The notes under the pieces were generated by a model. It did no database searches. It was not told the origin of the DNA and was given only the letters and a program-made list of their open reading frames with translations. 64,000 nt of DNA from Phycisphaerales bacterium (GTDB lineage: Bacteria > Planctomycetota > Phycisphaerae > Phycisphaerales > UBA1924). Below, piece after piece: positions 51,661 through 60,567 of the stretch. The translations under genes were made by a program, and so were the position numbers. The stretch is taken from NCBI GenBank assembly GCA_044223975.1, contig JBGALI010000012.1:38422-102421 (forward strand), written 5' to 3'. The stretch's first letter is position 1. Each line of letters opens with the position of its first letter.

Positions 51661-54600
51661 ATGAAGTCATTCACCGACATCTTCATCCGCAAGCCCGTGC
51701 TTGCCATCGTCATCAACGTGATGATCCTGGCCGTGGGCTGGCAGGCGATCTCCAAGCTGCCGGTGCGCCAGTATCCCCGCCTTGAATCCAGCGCGATCGT
51801 CATCACGACCGCGTACATCGGCGCCAGCGCCGAAACCGTGCGAGGCTTCATCACCACGCCCATGGAAAAGGCCGTTTCCGCGATCGACGGCATCGACTAC
51901 ATCGACTCCACCAGCACCGCCGGCGTAAGCATCGTCACGGTGCACCTGCGGCTGAATCACTCGAGCAACGCCGCGCTTGCCGAAATTTCGGCGCGGCTCA
52001 ACCAGGTGCGCAGCGAACTGCCCCAGGAATCCGAGTCGCCGGTGATCGAAATCCAGCGGACGGACAAGCCGTACGCGACCTTCTACATAAGCCTCACCAC
52101 CACGTCGCTGACGCTGCCCCAGCTCAACGACTTCATGGCCCGCGAGCTGCAGCCCGAGCTGCAGTCGCTCCCGGGCGTGCAGCGCGTGGGCATCGAGGGG
52201 CCCCGCCCGCTGGCGATGCGGATCTGGCTGGACTCCAACAAGCTCGACGCGTTCGACGTCACGCCCGCCGAGGTGAGCGACGCGCTGATCCGCAACAACT
52301 TTCTTGCCTCCGTCGGCCGCACCAAGGGCACGGACGTGCAGATCGACCTGATGACCGATACCGACCTTCGCAGCCCGGAGGAATTCCGAAAGCTCATCGT
52401 GAGACAGCGCGACGGGAGCATCGTCCGCCTCTCCGACGTCGCGCGCGTGGACCTGGAGAGCGAGGAGGCGACCGGGCAGGCGGGGTTCAACGGCACCCCC
52501 GCGATCTGGTTCTCGGTCTGGCCGCTGCCCAGCGCCAACGAGCTGGACGTCGCGAAGGTGCTCAAGGCCAAGCTCGCGGCGATGCAGCCGATGCTCCCGG
52601 GCGGGGTGCAGATGAAGCTCGCCTACGACGGCACCTACTACATGGAGAACGCGATCAAGGAGATCATCCACACGCTGGGTGAGACCGTCCTGATCGTCGG
52701 CATCGTGGTGTTCCTGTTCATGGCGTCGGTCCGCACGGTGCTTGTGCCGATGATCGCGATGCCGATCTCGCTCGTGGGCGCGTGCACCGCGATGCTCCTC
52801 ATGGGCTTCTCGCTCAACCTGCTCACGATTCTGGCGATCGTGCTCGCGGTGGGGCTGGTGGTCGACGACGCCATCGTGGTCGTTGAGAACGTCGAGCGTC
52901 ACATGCGCGAGGGCAAGAAGCCGATCCCCGCGGCGATCCTCGGGGCCCGGGAGCTCGTGGGACCCATCATCGCGATGACGATCACGCTGGCCGTGGTGTA
53001 CGCGCCGATAGGCTTCCAGGGCGGGCTGACGGGGATGCTCTTCCGCGAGTTCGCCTTCACGCTCGCGTCGGCCGTGATCATCTCCGGCATCGTCGCCGTC
53101 ACTCTCTCGCCGGTCATGAGCGCGGCGCTGGTGCCCAGCGGCGCTCACGAGGGCCGCTTTCACCGCATGGTGAACCGCCATTTCGACGCGCTCAGACGCG
53201 CCTACGCCCGAACGCTCGCGTTCGTCTTGGAGATGCGGTGGGCGGTGGCAGTCTCCGCGGTGCTGATCACGGCCGCGGCGTGGCCGCTCTATTCGATGTC
53301 GAAGTCCGAGCTCGCCCCGACCGAAGACGAGGGCGTGGTCTTCACGGTCATCCAGTCCGCGCCGGACGCCTCGCTCGCGTACACGCTGAAGTCGTTCGAC
53401 CAAGTCGCCGACGCCTTTCTCAGCACCCCGGAACGCAAGTTCTTCTTCCAGGTGTCGCAGACCACGGGCGGCTTCGGCGGCATCCAGACGATCGACTGGA
53501 ACAAGCGGTCGCGCAGCACCGCCGAGATCCGCAACGAACTGTTCCCGAAGCTGATGGCCGTCGCCGGCATCCGCGCGTTCCCCGCGCTCCCCCCGCCGCT
53601 GCCCGGCGCGGGCCAGTTCGACATCGAGTTCATGGTCACGAGCACCGAGGAGGCCGAGCAGATGGCGCCCGTCGCGGGCCAGCTCGTCGCCGCGGCGTTC
53701 GGCAGCGGGAAGTTCCTCTACGCCGACTCGGACCTGAAGGTCGACCTCCCCCAGACCCGGATCATCATCGACCGGGAGCGCGTCGCGGACCTTGGCCTGA
53801 ACCTCGCCTCGGTCGGACGTGACCTCGCCCTGCTCCTCTCGGGCGGGTACACCAACCGATTCAATTACGACGGACGCAGCTACAAGGTCATCCCGCAGGT
53901 GGAGGACGCGGCCCGGAGCAGCGCCGACAAGATCATGGACCTGAAGGTCCGTGCCGCCAACGGCGGCCTGGTATCGATCTCTTCCTTCGTCACGCTCAAG
54001 ACGACCGCCGCGCCCCGCTCCCTGACCCGATTCCAGCAGCGCAACAGCTTCAAGATCTACGGCGGCGTGGCCCCCGGAGTGACCAAGGAAGAGGCGCTCC
54101 GCGCCCTTGAGACCGCGGCCAAGGGCATCCTCCCCGCCGGCTACTCCTTCGACTACGCCGGCGAGAGCCGCCAGATGCGGTCGGAATCGTCGTCCCTTGT
54201 CTCCACGCTCGGGCTCGCCCTCGGGCTGATCTATCTCGTCCTCGCGGCACAGTTCAGCAGCTTCCGCGACCCCTTGATCGTCCTTCTCGGCTCCGTGCCC
54301 CTGGCCATCACCGGCGCACTCCTGTTCACGTTCCTGGGCCTCACCACGCTCAACATCTACTCGCAGGTGGGGCTGATCACGCTGGTCGGGCTGGTCGCCA
54401 AGAACGGCATCCTGATCGTCGAATTCGCCAACCACCTGCAGGCGACGGGGCTCTCCAAGTCGGAGGCCGCGCAGCAGGCGGCGGCCACCCGCCTTCGCCC
54501 GATCCTGATGACCTCCGCCGCGACCGTGTTCGGCCACTTCCCGCTGGTGCTCGTTTCCGGCGCGGGAGCCGAAGCCCGGAACAGCATCGGCACGGTCCTG

Positions 54601-54804
54601 GTGACGGGCATGATCATCAGCACGTTCTTCACGCTCTACTTCGTGCCGTGCATCTACAGCCTCCTGGCCGCGGAGCACAAGCGCGACACGGCCGTTGACG
54701 AGCATGACGAGGCAGGGTCGCCCGCGAGTGCCAACGACGCCTCTTCGGGTTACGGCGGCCCCGAAACACGCACGGGCGATCTGAGGGCCGTGCCCTCGCT
54801 GTAA
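51661..54804 (+). CDS. RND efflux transporter (HAE1/MdtB-like)
   Basis: 1047 aa with a typical N-terminus (MKSFTDIFIRKPVLAIVINVMILAVGW) and AcrB topology. Confidence 0.9.
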   Translation: MKSFTDIFIRKPVLAIVINVMILAVGWQAISKLPVRQYPRLESSAIVITTAYIGASAETVRGFITTPMEKAVSAIDGIDYIDSTSTAGVSIVTVHLRLNHSSNAALAEISARLNQVRSELPQESESPVIEIQRTDKPYATFYISLTTTSLTLPQLNDFMARELQPELQSLPGVQRVGIEGPRPLAMRIWLDSNKLDAFDVTPAEVSDALIRNNFLASVGRTKGTDVQIDLMTDTDLRSPEEFRKLIVRQRDGSIVRLSDVARVDLESEEATGQAGFNGTPAIWFSVWPLPSANELDVAKVLKAKLAAMQPMLPGGVQMKLAYDGTYYMENAIKEIIHTLGETVLIVGIVVFLFMASVRTVLVPMIAMPISLVGACTAMLLMGFSLNLLTILAIVLAVGLVVDDAIVVVENVERHMREGKKPIPAAILGARELVGPIIAMTITLAVVYAPIGFQGGLTGMLFREFAFTLASAVIISGIVAVTLSPVMSAALVPSGAHEGRFHRMVNRHFDALRRAYARTLAFVLEMRWAVAVSAVLITAAAWPLYSMSKSELAPTEDEGVVFTVIQSAPDASLAYTLKSFDQVADAFLSTPERKFFFQVSQTTGGFGGIQTIDWNKRSRSTAEIRNELFPKLMAVAGIRAFPALPPPLPGAGQFDIEFMVTSTEEAEQMAPVAGQLVAAAFGSGKFLYADSDLKVDLPQTRIIIDRERVADLGLNLASVGRDLALLLSGGYTNRFNYDGRSYKVIPQVEDAARSSADKIMDLKVRAANGGLVSISSFVTLKTTAAPRSLTRFQQRNSFKIYGGVAPGVTKEEALRALETAAKGILPAGYSFDYAGESRQMRSESSSLVSTLGLALGLIYLVLAAQFSSFRDPLIVLLGSVPLAITGALLFTFLGLTTLNIYSQVGLITLVGLVAKNGILIVEFANHLQATGLSKSEAAQQAAATRLRPILMTSAATVFGHFPLVLVSGAGAEARNSIGTVLVTGMIISTFFTLYFVPCIYSLLAAEHKRDTAVDEHDEAGSPASANDASSGYGGPETRTGDLRAVPSL

Positions 54805-55352
54805 ACTCGCCGACACGGACCGCCCCCGGAGGTGCGTCCTGTCGCAGCCATTACAGCCGGGCGCGCCCCTCAACGCCCGGCGAGCTGGCCCGCCGCCCAC
54901 CCGCGCCACTGGGGCGTATCGCCTCGGAATGCGGTCTCGCGGAGATACTCGTGCGTTGTGTCATTCATTTTTGCCCATCCGCACCTGCATGCGGGCGATC
55001 GCCTGCATCGACTGGATGTGTCCCAGGTAGATCTCAAGCACCGTGCAGTAGGTTTCAAGAGCCTCATTCGAACGCCCCGCCCGTTCCAGGGCGATCGCCA
55101 GATTGAGACGAGGATCGGGGGCACCGGGCATGCGTTTTCGTGTAAAGATCGTACAGAGCAAGGTGGAGCAGCCCTTGAACCGGCTGCTGATCGAGGAGAC
55201 CGAACACCGGTACAGTCGGCGCTGGTAACACATAGGCAGCGGTCAAGCTGACAGAATCGCAGCTGTGGAGGCTGCCGTTCACAACGGGGATCCTTGACTT
55301 GGGTCAGAAACTTGAGGCGTCGTCGTCGCCACAGCAATAGACCGTCGCTTGG

Positions 55353-56189
55353 TTGCCGCAACCTTCCCCCTCCCCCACCGGTACCCCGAGGAGCCCCCCA
55401 CTCCTCGATGCCCCCTGCGAACGCCGCTGCGGCATCGATCGCCTGAAGGGCGAAGCCGCTCCTTGCGGGCTTGGCGACCAGACCTGGTGCTTCAAGCGGC
55501 ACACCAGCTACTCGGAAGAGGTTGACCTGCTCCCCAGCTACATGGTGTACCTGGGAGGGTGCAATTTTCGGTGTCGGTTCTGTGTGCAGGCCCCCTCGTG
55601 CTTTTCGCCGCGCGGGGGGGTGAAGGTTGAGCCGGGCGAGGCCGCGGCTGATTTTCTGCATGTGGTCGGGAGGGGGGCCCGGACCATCAACCTGCTGGGG
55701 GGCGAGCCCAGCCTGCACCTGCACACGATCCTTGAGATCGCTGCCGCGGCTGGGGAGCCGCTCCCGCTGCTGCTGAACTCGAACATGTACATGACCCCCG
55801 AGGTCATCGAACTGCTCGACGGGGTGGTCTCGATGTACATCGCGGATTTCAAATTTGGAAATGATCTCTGCGCCCGCAACCTGGCCGGGATCGACCGGTA
55901 CGTGGAGGTCGTGACGAGGAACCTGTTATTGGCGCAGGAACGCGCCGGGCTGATCGTGCGGCACCTGGTGATGCCGGGGCATGTCGACTGCTGCCTTGAG
56001 CCGGTAGCGCGGTGGCTCGCGGCAAACATGCCCGGGGCCCGCACCACGCTCATGACGGGGTACGTGCCGGGGTGGCGTGCCGCGGCTGATCGCGGCCCGA
56101 TGGGGCGGTGCCTGGATGAAGACGAAGTGAAACGAGCCGAGGCGCGGTGGCGTGCGTATGGGCTCGCGGTTGAAGGGGATTCGCCATGA
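55353..56189 (+). CDS. Radical SAM enzyme, PflX/COG1313-like (PFL-activase-related)
   Basis: CNFRCRFC (Cx3Cx2C) inside YLGGCNFRCRFCVQ. An upstream Cys-rich CERRCG...APCG segment and LLGGEP are also present. The track start is TTG 55353; no in-frame ATG precedes the Cys motifs. Confidence 0.7.
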   Translation: MPQPSPSPTGTPRSPPLLDAPCERRCGIDRLKGEAAPCGLGDQTWCFKRHTSYSEEVDLLPSYMVYLGGCNFRCRFCVQAPSCFSPRGGVKVEPGEAAADFLHVVGRGARTINLLGGEPSLHLHTILEIAAAAGEPLPLLLNSNMYMTPEVIELLDGVVSMYIADFKFGNDLCARNLAGIDRYVEVVTRNLLLAQERAGLIVRHLVMPGHVDCCLEPVARWLAANMPGARTTLMTGYVPGWRAAADRGPMGRCLDEDEVKRAEARWRAYGLAVEGDSP

Positions 56190-56401
56190 ATCCGGCGACC
56201 GGATCACACGCCCCCGACGGCAGCGACGGCGACGGCAGAGCGCTGCCGGTGACGATCCGCATCGGGCCCGACGGGCGGGTGTACTTCCACGACATCACGT
56301 GCGACCTTCTGCCGGTGGCGAGTGCGCTTGACCCGCAGAACCGGGAATTGAAGCGGCGGGCCGATGCCGCGGCAGCCTTTGCACAGAAAAGAGAGCCATG
56401 A
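56186..56401 (+). CDS. Hypothetical 71-aa protein, translationally coupled on both sides
   Basis: ATGA overlap with the radical SAM stop and with the AAA ATPase start. Sequence begins MNPATGSHAPDGSDGDGRALPVTIRIGPDGRVYFHDITCDLL. Confidence 0.45.
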   Translation: MNPATGSHAPDGSDGDGRALPVTIRIGPDGRVYFHDITCDLLPVASALDPQNRELKRRADAAAAFAQKREP

Positions 56402-58032
56402 CCCAGGTTGCGCCCAAGCTCAACGGTTCCCTGCCGCACGCCGACCCCGCGCCGCCGGACGAGCTTGATGTGCTCATCCGCGCCCGCTACCCGGTGATCT
56501 ACATCGTGAGCTGGGAAGAGGCCCGCGTTGAGCAGCACCTGCTGCGGATCGCCAACCGGCGCGGCAAGCAGCTCCACTGCTGGTCGGTCACGACGGGCAT
56601 GCGGCGGACGGGCGCGGGCCCGACGCCGGCGCGCCAGCGGACGCTCGCGGACCCGATCGAGGCGCTCGACACCGTGATCGAGCACAAGGAACCGGCGATC
56701 TATCTGTTCCAGGACTTTCACGCATTCCTGCGGCCGCAGATCCCGTGCAACGCGCCCAATATCCGCAAGCTCCGCGAGGTGGCGCGGGCGCTCAGCGACA
56801 GCTACAAGACGCTGGTGATCTGTGCGCCGCGGCTGGAGATCGCGCCAGAGCTTGAGAAGGACGTCACGGTCTTTGATTTCCCGCTTCCCACCTCGCCGGA
56901 TATCGAGGGTCTGCTCAAGCGGATCTGCGCCGACGTGGCGGGCAACGCGGCGTTCTCGGTCAACATCGACGACAGGGGGCGCGAGTCGCTTGTGCGCGCG
57001 GCCAGCGGGCTGACGCTGCAGGAGGCCGAGAACGTCTTCGCCAAGACCCTGGTCAACGACGGCGTGCTGACGGGCGAGGACGTCTCGACGGTCTTTGCCG
57101 AGAAGCAGCAGATCGTCCGCAAGAGCGGGTTGCTCGAGTACTACGACTCGAGCGCCGACCTTGGCGCCGTGGGCGGGCTCGACGAACTGAAAGACTGGCT
57201 GCAGCGGCGGTCGGTCGCGTTCACCGAGAAAGCTCGCGCGTTCGGACTGCCTGAGCCCAAGGGCGTGCTGCTGGTCGGCGTGCAGGGGTGCGGCAAGAGC
57301 CTGTGCGCCAAGGCGGTGGCGCGCGAGTGGAAGATGCCGCTGCTGCGCTTCGACATGGGCCGCATGTTCTCGAGCCTGGTGGGATCGTCGGAGGAGAACA
57401 TACGTCGCGCCATCGCGGTGGCCGAGAGCGTCGCCCCGGCGGTGCTGTGGGTGGACGAGATCGACAAGGCGTTCTCGGGCAGCCAGAGCTCAGGCGGCAC
57501 CGACGGCGGCACGACGGCGCGGGTCATGAGCACGTTCCTGACGTGGCTGAGCGAGAAGCAGCGGCCGGTGTTCGTCCTGGCGACCGCCAACGACATCTCC
57601 CAGTTGCCGCCCGAACTGCTCCGCAAGGGCCGGCTCGACGAGATCTTCTTCGTGGACCTTCCGATCATGGCCGAGCGCCGCGAAATCACGAGGATCCACC
57701 TCAAGGCGCGGAAACGCGACCCGGGCGCGTTCGATCTCGACGCGATCGCGAGCGCGGCGGACGGGTTCAGCGGCGCGGAGATCGAACAGGCGATCGTCAG
57801 CGCCCTGTACGACGCGTTCTACCTGGGGCGTGAGCTCAGCACGGCCGACATCCTGGGCAGTGTGCGGGAGACGGTGCCGCTGTCGCGCACCATGAGCGAA
57901 CGCATCTCCGGGCTGCGGTCGTGGGCCGAGGGACGGGCACGCTTCGCCTCCAAGCCCGACGCCACGCTGGTGCCACTCACGCGGCGGAAGCTCGAAGCAG
58001 AATCGCACGATCACCGAGGAGCATCGGCATGA
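56398..58032 (+). CDS. AAA+ ATPase (single C-terminal AAA module, CDC48/FtsH-like) with ~300-aa N-terminal domain
   Basis: Walker A GVQGCGKS, Walker [11 protein letters not shown] and second-region-of-homology pattern. Confidence 0.8.
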   Translation: MTQVAPKLNGSLPHADPAPPDELDVLIRARYPVIYIVSWEEARVEQHLLRIANRRGKQLHCWSVTTGMRRTGAGPTPARQRTLADPIEALDTVIEHKEPAIYLFQDFHAFLRPQIPCNAPNIRKLREVARALSDSYKTLVICAPRLEIAPELEKDVTVFDFPLPTSPDIEGLLKRICADVAGNAAFSVNIDDRGRESLVRAASGLTLQEAENVFAKTLVNDGVLTGEDVSTVFAEKQQIVRKSGLLEYYDSSADLGAVGGLDELKDWLQRRSVAFTEKARAFGLPEPKGVLLVGVQGCGKSLCAKAVAREWKMPLLRFDMGRMFSSLVGSSEENIRRAIAVAESVAPAVLWVDEIDKAFSGSQSSGGTDGGTTARVMSTFLTWLSEKQRPVFVLATANDISQLPPELLRKGRLDEIFFVDLPIMAERREITRIHLKARKRDPGAFDLDAIASAADGFSGAEIEQAIVSALYDAFYLGRELSTADILGSVRETVPLSRTMSERISGLRSWAEGRARFASKPDATLVPLTRRKLEAESHDHRGASA

Positions 58033-58487
58033 GCACGGTCTGCGTCCTGACACCGATCGTCATCGGATCCTGGCCCATGATCGCTGGCGCGATCGCCGGC
58101 GCGGCAAGCTCGCTGGGATTCACGCTCGCCACCGCGGACGTGCCCCTCACGCTCCGCCCCACGGACTCGTCCGTCGAGACCGAGGTTCCCAACAGCGAGG
58201 TGATGGCCGACGTGCTGGCCCGCGGCGAGAAGATCCGCGTGACCAGGGACGGAGTGGCGGTGGACTTCGGCGTGGACGACCGCGGCAAGGTCACGGTGTG
58301 CGCGAGCGGGAGAGGCAAGACCAACGGCGAGCTCAAGAAGATCGGCCAGGAGATCGCGGGCCGGGTGGTGCAGCAGTTCGCGTACCACAAGCTGGTCAAC
58401 GAACTCAAGAGCCGCGGCTACCAGATCTCGCAGGAACGCGTCGAGCGCGACCAGTCGATCCAGATCACCATCCGCTCGGGGCATTGA
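58029..58487 (+). CDS. DUF1257 (Ycf35)-like protein with N-terminal hydrophobic extension
   Basis: C-terminal QQFAYHKLVNELKSRGYQISQERVERDQSIQITIRS resembles the Ycf35/DUF1257 C-terminal pattern as I recall it. ATGA overlap with the AAA ATPase stop. Confidence 0.5.
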   Translation: MSTVCVLTPIVIGSWPMIAGAIAGAASSLGFTLATADVPLTLRPTDSSVETEVPNSEVMADVLARGEKIRVTRDGVAVDFGVDDRGKVTVCASGRGKTNGELKKIGQEIAGRVVQQFAYHKLVNELKSRGYQISQERVERDQSIQITIRSGH

Positions 58488-58514
58488 GAACTCGTCCGTT
58501 CGAAAGGAAACTCC

Positions 58515-58727
58515 ATGTCCGCCCCTGAGTTCGATGTTTCGATCGGCGCCGATGGCAAGGTCAAGGTCAAGGTGAAGGGGGTTTCCGGCGAGGAGTGCGT
58601 CCGATTGACGGACATGATCCGCGACATCGTGGGCAAGGAAGACAGCCGCGAGAAGACGGCGGAGTACTACGGCCCGGGCGGGAGCGTCCGGATCGATTCG
58701 CACGTCAAGGGGAGGACCGGGGGCTGA
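58515..58727 (+). CDS. DUF2997-like small protein
   Basis: 70 aa: MSAPEFDVSIGADGKVKVKVKGVSGEECVRLTDMIRDIVG. It lies immediately after the DUF1257-like gene, the usual partner position. Confidence 0.5.
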   Translation: MSAPEFDVSIGADGKVKVKVKGVSGEECVRLTDMIRDIVGKEDSREKTAEYYGPGGSVRIDSHVKGRTGG

Positions 58728-58750
58728 GTATGGCCGCGCGGACCTGAACC

Positions 58751-59779
58751 ATGGAATGTCCGAACTGCTCATTCCAGAACACGCCCGGCCTGCGGTCGTG
58801 CGTGCGCTGCCAGAGCGTGCTGGACCTCGGCGAGGTCGGCTTTACGCCGCCGCGGGCATCGCGGAGCGCGGTGGTCAGGCTTGCGCGGGGAGCTTCGTAT
58901 TCGACCCGGTCGCGCCTGAACGAACTGGCCGAGGGCTTGGGGGCGGCGCTCGCTCGGCGCGTGCCGCGCGAGGTGCCCGCGAGCGAGGTTCTGGCGTCCG
59001 TCATCCCCGGGCTGGGCCAGTTGCTCGCCGGACGCCGCGTGCTGGGGTGGTCGATTCTCGGCGTTTGGGCGCTGCTGCTGCTACTGGCGTTTCTGAACTT
59101 CGGTTCTCCCGGCGGGTACGTGCTGGTGTTCACCGCCGTGGGCGTCCACTGCACGGCGGTATCTCTGGTCCTGGCCCCCATCCAGGCCGGGATGACCACT
59201 GTGGCACGCGCCGCCGCGGGGCTGCTCACGTGGGCGGTCCTGGTTGGCGGGCTGTATTGGCCGGCGTCGGTGCTAGCGGGGCAGTTTTTCAGGACGGTGT
59301 TCATCACCGGGATCGTGCGTTCACCCGTGCTGCTCGACGGTGACGTTCTTCTCACGACCGGCGCGTGGACCGCACCAAAGTCCTTGGCGCCGGGGGACCT
59401 GATCGCGTACAACATCCCGTGGATCTCCGGCGGCAGCATCGTCGTGGCCGAGGGGCTTGGCGTGGACCGCATCGTCGGCGCTCCGGGCGATACGGTGCAG
59501 ATTGACCACGGCGTGCTCACGGTCAACGGACAACCTGTGCCCGCGGGGCACGTGCCGCTGGGGGACACCGCCAAAATGACGGACGTGACCGTCACGGCGG
59601 GCCGGGGCGAGTACGTGGTCCTTCCGTCGCTGCTCCCGATGTCGGCGCACGGCTACGCGCCGGTTGCGTCGATGATCGCGCGGGTGTCCCGTGTCAACGA
59701 GTCGCAGATCGTCGGTCGCGTCGTCTGCCGCGTGCGGCCTTGGAACCGATTCACCCGGGCGATCGGAGTTCAGCCATGA
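58751..59779 (+). CDS. Zinc-ribbon membrane protein with C-terminal signal-peptidase-I (S26)-like but apparently non-catalytic domain
   Basis: N-terminal CPNC...CVRC; three to four TM helices; a C-terminal GDLIAYN...VDRIVGAPGDTVQIDHGVLTVNGQPV segment resembling SPase box C/D, but with Asp where the catalytic Lys (VKRVIGLPGD) would be. No SxxPTL Ser box was seen. Confidence 0.5.
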   Translation: MECPNCSFQNTPGLRSCVRCQSVLDLGEVGFTPPRASRSAVVRLARGASYSTRSRLNELAEGLGAALARRVPREVPASEVLASVIPGLGQLLAGRRVLGWSILGVWALLLLLAFLNFGSPGGYVLVFTAVGVHCTAVSLVLAPIQAGMTTVARAAAGLLTWAVLVGGLYWPASVLAGQFFRTVFITGIVRSPVLLDGDVLLTTGAWTAPKSLAPGDLIAYNIPWISGGSIVVAEGLGVDRIVGAPGDTVQIDHGVLTVNGQPVPAGHVPLGDTAKMTDVTVTAGRGEYVVLPSLLPMSAHGYAPVASMIARVSRVNESQIVGRVVCRVRPWNRFTRAIGVQP

Positions 59780-60567
59780 CGGGTCGGTTTAACAGGCTGG
59801 AATCCGAGTTGCTCATCCGCGAGTCGTCGGCAACGGGCGTTTCGGTCGCGGGAAACTCGGTGCGCACGGCCGCCGACGAGGTGCGGACGGCAGTCGATCA
59901 CGTCCACTTCGGCCGGTTCGAGGATGCGCTCCGCCATTACACGCGGGCACTGGGGTACGACCGCGCGGTCATCCCCGCGTGGGTCGGCCAGGTGCAGATG
60001 CTGGTGGAACTGGGCGAGAACACCGAAGGGCGGATGTGGTCGGACAAGGCTCTGGAACTATTCAAGAACAACGGGGAACTGCTGGCGGCCAAGAGCCGCG
60101 CGTGCATCCGGGTCGGTGACCGCGGCGCGGCGTTCGCGTGCAGCGACGCATCGCTCAAGAGCGCGGGGAGCTCTTCGGCGCGGTGGCAGGCCCGCGGCGA
60201 GGTGCTGCTCGGCTCGGACCGTGCCGTTGCACGGAATTGCTTCGAGAGGTCGCTCGTCGAAGCCGACGCGGACTGGTTCGACCGGATCACGATCGCGAGG
60301 ATCTACCTTTTTCACGGGATGGCAGCCGCGGCGCTCGAGCACGCCCAGTCCGGGTCCGACATGCAACCGTCGCACGCCTACGGGTGGTACGTGCTGGGCC
60401 AGTGTCAGGAGGGCTTGGGCCTCATGGACCGAGCCATGGCGAGCTACGCGCGGTCGCTCGAGCTTTCTCCGACGAACAACCCGGCGCGCAAGGCGGTCGA
60501 CCGCGTGCTGGAGCACTCGACCGGCACCCGCGTCTGGCGCCGCCTGAAAGGAATCTTCGGACCATGA
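59776..60567 (+). CDS. TPR-repeat protein
   Basis: Degenerate 34-residue helical repeats with AxxxY/W..G patterns. ATGA overlaps on both sides. Confidence 0.6.
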   Translation: MTGRFNRLESELLIRESSATGVSVAGNSVRTAADEVRTAVDHVHFGRFEDALRHYTRALGYDRAVIPAWVGQVQMLVELGENTEGRMWSDKALELFKNNGELLAAKSRACIRVGDRGAAFACSDASLKSAGSSSARWQARGEVLLGSDRAVARNCFERSLVEADADWFDRITIARIYLFHGMAAAALEHAQSGSDMQPSHAYGWYVLGQCQEGLGLMDRAMASYARSLELSPTNNPARKAVDRVLEHSTGTRVWRRLKGIFGP

